Of a DNA stretch of 63,544 nt, positions 23,755-35,906 are shown piece by piece. Position numbers and translations under genes: made by a program. Source of the DNA: Parasitella parasitica NRRL 2501 (taxonomy: Eukaryota; Fungi; Mucoromycota); the NCBI GenBank assembly GCA_025201805.1, contig MU619355.1, positions 34,830 through 98,373 on the forward strand, written 5' to 3'. Every line of letters starts with the position of its first letter. The stretch's first letter is position 1. The notes under the pieces were generated by a model. That model searched no databases and was not told where the DNA came from. It worked only from the letters and a program-made list of their open reading frames with translations.

Positions 23755-25710
23755 CTACTGAGTAAGGGCAACCTTCTTTTTCTTGTTGCTCTTCTTTTTT
23801 TTCTTGCTGGAAGTAATGGTAGATGTTACAGAATCTGTGCGGTGCTCTTCTTCTAAAGGTCTCTTATTCGACCCTGTGGCAGATTTTCTAATAAAGCAAG
23901 ATACGAAAAATCCATTTGTCAAGTCTTTGGCAGGTATGGTGCGAACTAAACGATCAGCGAGATCTAAGCATGATATAGTGAGTATATTTCCCATTCAATA
24001 CCTCAGCAAGACGTTCACCTTTGTTTCCATCTATTTCTGAAGGCATTCCACGTCTTTCCCACGTAGGTAAAACGCTGTCTCTTTCAGATAACTCAAATTC
24101 TGGGTTATCCTTCAAAATAGCCTTGACTACATGTTCGTTTTCTTCAGGGTGAATTGAACAAGTGGAATAAACGATTCGCTTGGCCTTGGGAACTGCATTA
24201 ATAGAATGAGCAAACGCTAATTGTTGATAACGACGCAGGCCTTACATTTCATAGCATGTTGGATGATGGATATTTGGAAGTCTGAGAGGTTTTTTAATCT
24301 TTCTTCTTGTATTTGTCCGTTGGTATCTTTGCCGTTATTTAGTAAAAATCAATAGACTCTCCTCCTCCTCCCCCCAAAATGGTCCATTTTGCTTACTTTC
24401 TTTCTCATCTTCATCGTCTACAAGATGATCCAATCTATTAATGATACCAGATCCAGAGCAAGATGGGTCCAGCAAAAGATACTCGACGTTGGCGAACTGA
24501 ACGTCTTTAGGATTTGTTTCAAGAAAAGAGCCATGTACAGGTGTAATGTCTAGAACAAAATCATAAAATTCTCTGCGTACTTGTTCAATACAAACGTCAT
24601 CCCATACTTTTACATCCGGCTTTGTTTGTCAGCTTCTTCAATAATTCCAAGCGTCTAGAATCCAAATCAAAAGCCCAGATCTTGCCTGTATTCTTCATCA
24701 ATGCGGAAAGATGAGATGTCTTATTTCCAGGTGCAGCACAAGCGTCAATGGCATGAGCACCTTGAGTTGCCTGGCATACATGAGCGGGGAAGCAGGATGC
24801 TTTATCCTGCACAACAAATCAGTTGATCTTGCTCTTTCACTGCAGTTTTCTACATGTACCTGCAAAATGATGTTGCCTGAAACGTACAATGGATGTGCAT
24901 GGAAGTCTGTCTTTTGATGAAAGATAAGCATATCGTGAAGATGTCGGTCAATGCAAAATTCTTTGAGTCTACAGCAATGAATAGATGTGAGCTTGCTGTC
25001 ATAACAACAGTGGATTAGCTTTTACTTTAATTCACGCAGATCTTCGGGGCAATCTATCAGTGTGTAGCCTTCGTTTTGGAAACTTTTGATTGCTTTTTGT
25101 ACAGACAGTTTGTGCTCGTTCACTCTAGCATATCTAGGAATCAAAACTATAAAAGCAGCGTTGAGTATAGCCGATATAGATGTCTATCTAGCTGAGCCAC
25201 TACCTGCATCCTTCACTTTTTGGCTCACTAAATCCTCGTTCAAGATTGCTCCTTTTTTCATTTTGATCTTTATCAATTCTGCTTTAAGTCTAACCTGGTG
25301 GCGCATAACACATTGCTTCAATGGAACATCGTTGCGAGCTGTGATCCCTCTTTTTGTAAACAGCAAATCGTGGATCAAAACCAAAGCAAGCGATCTTTTT
25401 AGCTATGCCAAGGACTATGAACTAACATTCGAAATTTGCCTGATTATTTCTACTCACTTTTTTCTCAATCTCACAAATCTTGGATGCATTAATGAGTTCA
25501 TTCAGCACTTGCTTGTCTGTGTTTTCTGCATTATTATTTACCATTGAACCGAACCGATTTCTTGTCCTTACATTTCAATGTCTCACAAACAAGAGCATAC
25601 ATCTTTTTTTTGTCCCAAACTTTAGGATCACCAATAATCAGGCCTTTGATTGTGCCTTCATGTCTTTCAAGTTTGTCGAGAATTCGACCAGCATGCTGAT
25701 AGAAGTTCAT
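23755..25710 (-). CDS. RCM1: 25S rRNA cytosine-C5 methyltransferase (Rcm1/NSUN5 family), multi-exon
   Basis: Motifs PRYARVN, LQDKASCFPA, IDACAAPGNKTSH, LLDPSCSGSG, YSTCSIHPEENE, TNGFFV; K-rich tail. Confidence 0.93.
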
Positions 25711-25881
25711 GATACTTCAATGTAATTGATGGATTCGAGTTGAAGCTTTTTTTTTTTTTTCTTTCATTTTCATTTCTTCTGCTTGATGTGACTATTTGTC
25801 ATTTTACAGCATGCCCAAATTCATGCCACTACTGGTACCATCTAAACAAGAGGTATACAAGGTGTTTTATTGCAGAATAAT

Positions 25882-27479
25882 TTAATCAATAAAGACGGTA
25901 TAAATCAAACCACCCAAGATGGCGCCAAAGATAGGAGCCAGCATGGGCACGAAGGCGTAAAAGTGATGTACACTGAAGACTTCAAAGCCCCAACCAGCAA
26001 CAGCTGTAAACAGCCGAGGACCTAAATCACGAGCTGGATTCAACGAAAAGCCGGACGTATAGCCTAAACCCAAGCAAATTGTCATTACGCCCACTGCAAT
26101 CATGATGCCTTGTGCCGTACGAAATGGCAGATTGTTAGGATGTCCTGAGGTCATGATGACTAGCAACAGCAGTGCTGTGCCAATGATTTCAGAGGCTGCT
26201 GCTGATGCAATGCCAACATACAATGGCGGATATGTACCAAAAATACCGGCAGTGCCCAGTTCACCCAGAATATGACGCTGACCATGGTCAAATTGCGTAA
26301 TCGCGGGTTCGATGATTGTGTATAATAAAGCGGCTCCAGCGAAGGCACCCATAAACTGAGCTGCGAGATAAGTTGGCACTTTTCTGAGAGGAAAGCCACT
26401 GAATATACAAAAGGTGATTGTTACAGCAGGATTAATATGAGCACCCTATGAAGAAATTCGAAATTCGAAATTCGAAATTAGAAATTAGAAATTAGAAATT
26501 AGAAATCTTGCAAAGATTATCAGGAGGGCAATCTGATTAGATAGTGTGGAGAAAGAGGGGGAGGGGCCATCTAATTATAGTGTTTTCTGCAAAATGAAAG
26601 CGATTGCACAATTGTTGTATAATACTTACAGAAACATGGCCAGAAACACAGATGGCAACAAGTACAGCAAGGCCTAGAGTTTTCGCCATTAGATCGTTGT
26701 TGTGTATTGGAAAAAAAATTAGTTACCTGCTCCAATCGACGAAGTTAACCAAGATTTCTGAGGGCCGATTTGAAGAGTTTCCTCTGCTGATATACCACAG
26801 GTCAATAGGATTAAAATCATTGTGCCAATAAACTCGGCCAAGAACTCTCTGTGCTATATACAGTCACGTAGGTTAGAATTGTGTATCGAGGGCAAGAGTA
26901 TGCCACACTTGCCTTCTGCTTGAAATGTCTTAAATGTGTTACTATAGTCGCACAACGACTTTTAGGAGCCATATTTAGATCATCTGCGTTGTTTTGATCA
27001 AAGGTTAGTGAAATTGAGTTGGTACAAGAGGATGGCTTCTTTTCTAATGCATTGATATCCGCATTTCGATTTGAAGCGTAAATATTTGTGATTGTAGGGA
27101 CGGCCGTAAGTGATGAACGAACGGATGACATTATGTAAATAGGGGGCGGAAGAGGCAAAATGGTTTGAAATATATTAAGAAAGGGAATAGTAGAGAAGAG
27201 GGAAAATGATGGTTTTTATATCCAGGGGAAAAACAAAGAGGTGATGTTGAAAGTGTTCCAGATAATAGTGCTAGCATAATTTTATTTATATACTAGAAGC
27301 TGTCCTGAATACTTGCCATTAAATATACCTTGTTGAAAAGAACCACTTCTATTATTATTGCTGATGCGATTTTGCAATCGGCCTTGATTTGGAATTAATG
27401 GATCCTGCTCAGTTGCGATATTTTCTTCCGCCAATGTCGATGAAGACATTGAGGAATTTGATTTCCATCTTGGAGCCAT
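25882..27479 (-). CDS. Aquaglyceroporin (MIP family, GlpF/Fps1-like); start at 27479 or 27131
   Basis: REFLAEFIGT, GHVSGAHINPAVT, GIFGTYP and SLNPARD. One intron is GC-AG (26912-26854). Confidence 0.92.
26452..26507. repeat. 7-bp intronic tandem repeat (GAAATTC/GAAATTA) x about 8
   Basis: Read directly from the sequence. Confidence 0.85.
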
Positions 27480-29152
27480 TTAATAAATGATTGTAAAAAA
27501 TAATAAAGGGAAAGAAAAACTAACGGAAAAAACACTGTAAATTAGCTTTATAGTGCTTGATTTCTAGTAAACGGAGGGGCAAGTGTCACAATTGATCAGT
27601 TTAGTTTGCTTTTATTTACCTCTCCGATGTACATCTCGTCAAGATCATGTTGCCGCATCCATGATTACATGATGTAAATAAGCGAAAGCCTTACTTTAAG
27701 GCTACTGAGCGAGCAATCGAAACACAGAGATTAAGACTGATGTTCCGTATAATATTAAAAATGATGGTTTATTTTATAATGCAAAATAACGTATCGACGT
27801 ATGAAGAAGGTATGATGCAAACGCACGATTTGTACCACATAAACAATATTTTCTGCAAATTTGACGCTTTCCAGGAGAAAGTTGCAAGTATAACCGTTAC
27901 ATATCTTTGAAAGACTCGACTGATTATGATACGAGGAGACAACTGAGGAGAAACTTTTGTATCAAGCCAGCCAATTTTAATTTGCTGATAAGCAATCGAA
28001 GCAAAATACTGTACATAAAGTAATTTAATATCTTTCTCTCACGTCATATTTGCTAAATTGGAATCGTTTAAAAGTGATTTTGTTTTTCTGATCGACATAC
28101 GCGTAATGAAAGTATTATTATCACTAATAATTTCATGGACAGAATGAGAAAAATTGTCGAAGCTCAAATCACTCTTACACATGTTATCAGTGCGGATATA
28201 AAAGTGTATAATATTTAATATATATCATTATTCCTTTATGTATATTTACTGCTTGATGGATATCAGCTATCTTTGTGATTCCGGCAGATTAGAATATCCA
28301 ACCTACCAGGCAACCTTTTACCGACAAATGAATCTTATCGCAAATCATTACACCAAAGAAGCATTGGCAAGCCATATATTAAACACTATTTAAAAGGATG
28401 ATGTTGTAATAACATTAGCCAAATAAAGCCTTTTACATTGTTATCGACCACGGAGGACGATACACAGCCGCAGAAAATGTTCCATCTCCACACAGCAACT
28501 AAAATCTGTCAAACATACCTCCTTCCTTTACCATCCAGGTTACTAGGCTATTCTTAGTTTTATCAGCTTTTATACCGTATCAGGTGCTGTTTTTTTTTAT
28601 GTTGAGCATGCAGCAAACAAACCACTCAAGCAANNNNNNNNNNNNNNNAAAAAAAAAAAAAAAAAAAAAAATCGATATATGCTAACAAAAGCTTGTGAGA
28701 TAATACAGCAAATAACTCGATGTATACACTTGATGGAAAGGTTGAGGTGCATTGAACATATCACTTCTGGAAATATAGATGAGTTAATTTATTGGTCAGT
28801 ATATTGACTTTTGGATGTCGAAACATCTCAAATTCTTGTGCTGTATATAGATATTGCTTGATCCACAGCTGATGCCTGCGTATCATGGACTATTTTACAT
28901 ATCATGGCGAGTCTCATGATCCGTTTTTTTTAAGCAGCTTGTTTTCAGACTCTATATTCTTCAGGCCCTAATTATAAACAATTAGTCAAAATAGCCATTG
29001 CGGGATATATTTGGAACTCTTTTTTTTTTTTTACCAAAAATAACTCTGTATGACAAAACAAAGAATCACTCATGATTGTAATAAAAAAAAGAGGTTTTAT
29101 TTGGGATGTACATCTCGTTTCTTTTCTGTTTTCTCGCAATCCAATTGATAGA

Positions 29153-30278
29153 ATGTCTGGCCCTTTACCTCCTGGCTGGGAAGCTCGCCAAGCACCTAAT
29201 GGCCAATAGTAAGTTTTTGCTTTGTATTTTTTGGCCTCCCATGAATGTCGAGTAATTTACACGAGTTGAAATAAAAAAAAGTTATTACATTGATCACAAT
29301 ACTCAAGCTACTACATGGGATGATCCTCGTCAAGCCAATCGCGGTTATGGTGCTCCTCCGCCCAATAATGGTGGATATCCTCAGCAACAGCCACAAGGAT
29401 ATCCCCTTCAGCAAGGATACCAGCAGCCGCCTCAACAAGGCTTTCCGCCTCAGCAAAGCTATCCACCTCAGCAAGGCTATCAGTACCCACCCCAGCAAGC
29501 ATACCAGCAACCCCCTCAAAACAATTATCAAAGCTACCCTTCTTCCGGGCAACAACAACAGCAAAACCATAAGAAACCTGGAATGTCTACTGGGATGAAA
29601 GTTGCTGCAGGTCTTGCAGCAGTAGGCTTGGCCGGGTTTGCCGTTCATGAAGTAGCAGAGCATGAACAGGAAGAGAATGACCGCATTTCTCGTCTTGAGC
29701 AAGAACAAAGAGACAATAGATATGGTACATGTGGTGGAATATTTACATGGTTATCTCGCGCATTAACATTTTTTTTTCTTCTTTTTTTTTTTACTTGATA
29801 ATGTCAAAGGATACGGCGGAGAAGGAGGAGGAGGAGGAGGCTATGGAGGAGGTTATGAAGGAGGCTATAATGATGGAGGCAGCACTACTATCATTAACGA
29901 AGACAATGGATGGTTTGGACGTGATAAGCAAACGATTATTCAAACAGGTATATTTTGCCCTTTTTAGGGTTTTTAATAAAAACTGAGCGAGATTCCACTA
30001 TATTTAGACCAATATGGTGATACAGTTACAACCGAGACAAAGGATGGATGGTTTCATGATGAAACAACAGGTACAGTACGACTTGAAGCGCACAAAAAGC
30101 AATTGTCCTTACACACATGCATAAACATGATATTTAGTAACTGAAACTGATCGATATGGAAACACCACTGTTGTAAGTCTTTGACATGCAAATTATACCA
30201 TATTTATATACACTCACACTTTTTTTTTGTTTTTTTTTTGTTTCTAAAATACAGGAAGAGAGTTCAGACTGGTTTTAA
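29153..30278 (+). CDS. WW-domain protein with a PQGY-rich region, glycine-zipper-like helix and C-terminal repeats (Wwm1-like); 6 exons
   Basis: [35 protein letters not shown] (WW domain), YPPQQ repeats and AAGLAAVGLAG. Ends EESSDWF* at 30278. Confidence 0.85.
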
Positions 30279-30579
30279 CAGCATTAGAATTAGGGAGTGC
30301 TATAAATTGACACAATAATATTTAGCGTGGCAATGTGTATAAATATATACTTGTGTTTACAGCGGTTACCTATCGACACTTTTTCCTTGGTAAATAAAAT
30401 ATGTCCCTATTCCCAATACCCCTATTCTTCTCTCCCCCCATCCACCCCTATATATATGGTGTTTTTGTAAAAAGAATGTTACAGTCTAAAGACGACCATT
30501 TATATTTGTTTATTTTAGTGAATGTATATATGTTTATGTGTGTACGAATGAATGAATGAATGAATGAACGAATGAATGT

Positions 30580-31620
30580 TTATGCACAGGAATCCATATT
30601 TCTTCGTTCGCCGAAATGAACAACGCGATGTTGATTTAATTCTGATAGCATAGTTTGTATTGAGGGCAGCCGTTGATTCTTGAAAGCTGGCTCAGGTGAT
30701 GGACTTGGTGGTAGGCCTCTTAGTTGCATAGCTTGTGTGGCTAATAGGTTTAGATTGTCGTTGCCATGATCAGTTCGCTCCGTGTGGTAGTGAGCAGCTG
30801 TTACGACGATGGGCGGCTGCGGTGCTCTTTGTCTCTTGATTGCTGTGTGCTGTGAGTAGGACGATCTCCGCTTATTAGGAGGATTCGGAGGGAGTGGGTT
30901 CAATTGACCTGCAATCTTCTTTTTCGATTTATTGGGTGTCATAAATGCTTGCTGGCGTTGTCGCGTTTCGATAATTGCTTGCTGCTGTTTCTTGGCTCTG
31001 TGAGAAGACAAGTCGTTCAGCGTCAATGATAGCCATCTATAAAGGTGTGATTTGTGATCTGGCATGGGCTGGCACAAGCGTGATCTGCTATGAGACGTAG
31101 TTTTTTGTTTTTAGTATCTCTCATCTACAAGGAATTTAACACGGGCAACATACTCTATTATGTGGGGGTTGGATAAGGGCGCTGAGGAGGGTGTCGCTGT
31201 GAACAGCCATTCATTGCCATAAAGTGATTCGAATTGAAGGTCGCGTTCCACAAGTACGTGATAGTTTAAAGCATGTTGCCACTGGTCACACTGAATGATG
31301 TTGAGGAGAGGTTCAGCCACTCTACCGAGGATTTCGTCAATCGTCAGTTTGCATAGTTCAGCCAGTGCGTAGCAATTGAACAGGCGAGCAATTTGAAGCA
31401 CTGTGCGTGTCATGACAAAGATGTGTCCTGTTGTTTTGTTCTTGATAAAGTCGTTGGGTGCTGCTTTGAATATGCGGTGGATCTCCAATGCCTTTTTTGT
31501 CAGGCTGTTTTTGCAATAGACTGTGTTGATTTCATCCAGACAGAAATAATGATACGAGTTGTATGCGTACAGGCAGAAGGGCTTGGACGACGGACCGAAT
31601 GTGCCTAGAATGATAGTCAT
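30580..31620 (-). CDS. Hypothetical, probably nuclear or regulatory protein; 2 exons (intron about 31152-31088)
   Basis: GTATGT donor and AG acceptor join the two ORFs. Globular N-half; basic NLS-like stretches and LNLLA / RLPSIQ motifs in the tail. TATA-like TATATAAA at about 31691-31698 (minus strand). Confidence 0.7.
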
Positions 31621-32101
31621 TGTAATAAATAGAGAAGAACGGGAAAGAAAGAAAGAAAGAAAAATGAGAAGAAAAAAGGGGAAAGTATTCTTTATATAAG
31701 GGGAGGAGCACCACGGAAGGGATAAGTTTTCTGATATAGTAGTGGGTCAAAAACTTATAACAATATAAGGAGGGTGGTATATACTGTTCGCAGGGAAGAT
31801 CCATACAAATCAATTTATCTGTCATCAAAGAGGGGTTGTTTAGCTTTACAAGGCTTCCAGCCCCCCCTTAAAAATTACCTTCTTACCCAATCTCCTACTT
31901 TCCTTGAAACAAACTTGTCATCAATTAAGTATAAATGATGTTTCAGGTTGTTCCTTAGAGTCACCAGCTTATGACAATGCTTGGACTACATACACTTTAA
32001 GAAATGATGTACGGCGCGTGCATAATGATTTTTTTTTTTTTTTTTTCCCTCTCCACTCTCCACTCTCCACTCTTTTTTTGTGCCGGGAAACTACACACAG
32101 C

Positions 32102-33869
32102 ATGTCTTCTGACGAGGAAGATCTTGATCTGAATGACGATACTACGTCGCAAATGGAAACCATCACAGACGATGGTGGTGACATTATGGAAGAAGGTAAC
32201 AGATGTGATTGAGTCACCCCCATGAAGAAAGACACATCCTGCTAAACCGCCCCTTTAAATTACTCCTTAAAACCCATCGCAACAGATCCTTCAGTACAGA
32301 ACTCACCTGCACCATCACCGTTGCCACTTCCAGTAAACACAAGACAGCTTGATGAGAAACTAGATCCCCAACTTTTGACTTGTGCTTCTTATGACTGTGT
32401 ACCTTTAGTAAAGTACAGTGGTTTTTTTTTTTTAATTCTCAAGTAACCATAGGCAGCAGCAGTGCATCCTTCGCCCATCACCAGCCTAACAACAACACGC
32501 TGCTACAGATGGGTGCTAACAGGCTCAGAGGATGGCTACATTAGAAAGTGGGATTTCTTTACTTCGATGAACGGCAAGACTGCATTGACTCAAGCCCAGC
32601 GTCACAACAACGTGGACTCAGTTACACTGGCAGGCGTGCTTAGCAGCTGGTGGGAAAACGAAGAGATACCTGGTAAGATAGCAGTGGAATCAAAACCACA
32701 TATACACGAGGGGGGAGGGGGTTATTGACAATACTTGCGTGTGCTAGAAAGTGTCAAACCACCGGAAGGATCAGACGAGCCTGTAGCACCACCACCACGA
32801 GAACCCAAGCTATCAGCTGTTTACAGTTTGGATATCCATTCCGAAGCGCTGTGGGCTGTTCAAGGGTGCGAAAATGGCTCTATCAATCTAACGTCGGTTC
32901 GGCATGAGGAAGGTAGATGCCATCATGTGCTCCGTAAGCACAGTGCACCTGTTTCGGTTTTGATGATCACACCCGGTGAACTTGGCGTGATAAGCGGTTC
33001 TTGGGATAAGTCTGTGTTGGAATGGGACCTCAACACAGGATCTGTGCTAAGATCGTATGATGGTCATAGCTCGCAGATTACCTCGGCAGAGTTTCAGCCA
33101 GTGTATACGCCTTGTTCCGAGCCAAATCAAGACGCAAATGACGCAGCGTTGCTATGGAATCGAAAAAACGAGCATGTACTCATGACCACAAGTATTGATG
33201 GTCAGTGTTTGCTATGGGATAGACGAGAACCGAGCCAGCAAGCAAGAAGATTACCTGTGCCTGATAGAACACCGCCATGGTGCCTGTCTGTAAGTTTTTT
33301 TTTTTTTCCCTCTCTTTTCTACAATTGCGCTCGCATTCAAAACTAGATCCTGATTTAACGTGTATACAGGCATGCTGGAATGCAGACGGGTCCAAGATAT
33401 ATATGGGTAGACGAAATGGTACCGTAGATGAGTACGATTTCGCTTCACAGAAATGGATACAATCCTTCCGAATGCCCGCTAACTCAGGACCGGTGTCCTG
33501 TGTCAGAAGCATGCCTAATGGCAAGCATATAGTTTGGTAACTTGGCATGGAGATGCGTACTAAAAATGAAACAACTGACGCTTGTTTTACCATAGTGCCT
33601 CAAATGATAACATTCGTTTATGGAACACCGCTACAGAGTCCAATTTCACAATTCGCCCTGACACAGAACCCGGATTTGCCAAACCATCCAAGCTATCGTC
33701 CATCATCCCGTTTACAATTTTGCCAGGTCATCATGGCGGCACTATCTCGCACATTTCGATTGATCCTACGTGCAGATACATGATTACGACTTCGGGTAAC
33801 AGAGGATGGGAGGGTACGTCCACAAATGCTTGCTTATTTTACGATATAGCAGCTGTTACTGCAGAATAG
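32102..33869 (+). CDS. SPT8: SAGA complex WD40 subunit Spt8, multi-exon
   Basis: Acidic N-terminus, LTGSEDGYIRKWDF, AVYSLDIHSEALW, SVRHEEG, TPPWCLSACW, ILPGHHGG and SGNRGW. Confidence 0.92.
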
Positions 33870-34483
33870 CATTTAGAAATAGTGATAGAATAAAATTTGT
33901 TATTTAATAAAAAAAAAATATATATCTTTTTGCTAGTTATAAGCCGAGCTTCTCGACAAACATGCCAAGAAAATGGCAAAATGCGTGTTGTGTGGTTTAA
34001 ACCACACTCTCAGGATTTTTTTTGAATACGCAGATCTTTCTTGATCTATTCAAAAAAGCATCTTTATGACGCGCGAAACTATGCGCATACCCAATATACT
34101 GTATCTGTCACTTGATGAAGACGCAGTGTCCCTGTTGCAGTTGGCTTCCACACATGTCTTTAGAAGCAAAATTTGAGCTGAAACCAAGACTACAAAGATA
34201 AACGCTGAACAGGTAGTTTCAGATGCTGCTCGTGGGTCCAAGTTGTCAAAACTTGTCCCATCCTCATGTGTACACAATGAAAACTAGCACGTACAATCCT
34301 TGTCGTCTTGGGATGTGTTCCCATGCAGGTATACGGTAAGTCGAACCGTAGCAAAATTGAAGCACCAACAGCAGGCTTGAATATCATGGTCACACACACA
34401 CGATGCGGTACGGTTCCCAGTCTTGGTTAAAATTTGAAAATCACATTAGACTGGACTGAAAACTCTGTTAACTAGCGTTTGAT

Positions 34484-35896
34484 ATGGATATTCTGCAAGC
34501 TCTCGTTGCAAGAGTCGCCAGAGCATTCTACGATCCAAAGTACATAGCCATTTTAGATGCCTTGAACAACGCACCTCCCAACTCCAACGGGTAACAAAGG
34601 TTTTGCTGTCTGCTTTTTTTTCATTGCTAACCTCCATTTTTTTTTTTTTTTTTTTTTTAACTAGTGTTCGTGAAGAAGACCTGGTTTTGACGTTGAAGAT
34701 GACGCCTCGCGATATCCATAGAATCTGCGGTAAACTTAAAGAAGATAGACTTATCAAAATGTAAATGCCGCCTGCCATTGATTGAAAACAATAGCTTGAC
34801 ATGTTTTCTCGGTAGGGCAAACCGAATGGAGCCACGCAAACAAGACGGGCGTCTTATACCCAAAAACTACTACTACATTGACTATAAAGAGTTTGTGGAT
34901 GTCGTCAAGTGGAAAATGTACAAAATGCAGACGTTGGTGCGCGATAATCTGCGAACCGAGTCAGAGAATAAGGGGTACGTTTGCAGCAATTGCGACAAGC
35001 AGTTCTCACCGCTCGATGTGCTCTCTCTTGTGGACTCGGTCGATCAGCTATTTCATTGCGACAGGTGCGAAAACGTTTTGGACGAGAACGACAATGCAGA
35101 AAACGTCAAGGGCAGCCAGCAGATTTTGACCAAGCTACGAGAGCAATCGCAGCCCATCATCACACTACTCAAACAAACAGACTCCATCGTTATTCCGTCC
35201 AGCTACATTTACAAGCCCTCTGCCGGTAGTCGTGCTAGTAAATCGGACGAGTATGAGCTGGCTATCGCACAGGATACAGGCGCTGGACAGGCCGACATTG
35301 TTGTTGAATTGCAAAAGGATAACGAAGCAGCTAGACGTGCCAAAATGGAGGAGGCAGAGCAGAAAAGACAGCAAAACGCACTGCCTGTTTGGCATCAGAA
35401 ATCTACCATTTCAGGCACAAGCTTGGTCGGCACAGGAGATCGACCCGTGGAAGAAGAGCAGGACGAGGAAGATGCATTTGAAGACGTTGGGCCAGCTGAA
35501 ATGGATGCAGATACCGAGGACTATTATGCGAGATACTATGAGAGTTTAAGCAACAACAATCCGCTGGAAGAGGATCGTGATGTCTTTGATACGGTGTATG
35601 TAGAACAGCAACAAGTAGAAACCTTTGAAGAGGGCAATAATGGTCATAGCAATTCAGGCGAGGAATTTGAGGAGGAGGAGGAAGAGGAGGAGGAGGAGGA
35701 AGACGTTCCACTGGTATCAGGTAAATTTTTAGTTATGTTCAGCATCAATTGCGGGGTCAAGATTTACTGATGCACTTTATTAGTCAATGGCAAAATGATC
35801 CCACTCAACGAAGTGCAGGAAGAGGACCAAAGAAACATGTCGACAGATGAATACAAAGCTTACTATGAAGCTTGGGAGAATTGGCAAAATAACTAG
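34484..35896 (+). CDS. TFA1: General transcription factor TFIIE alpha subunit; 4 exons
   Basis: MDILQALVARVARAFY winged helix, YYYIDYKEFVDVVKWK, Zn ribbon CSNC...CDRC, QNALPVWH and an acidic tail. Confidence 0.95.
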
Positions 35897-35906
35897 AGCA
35901 ATAAAA

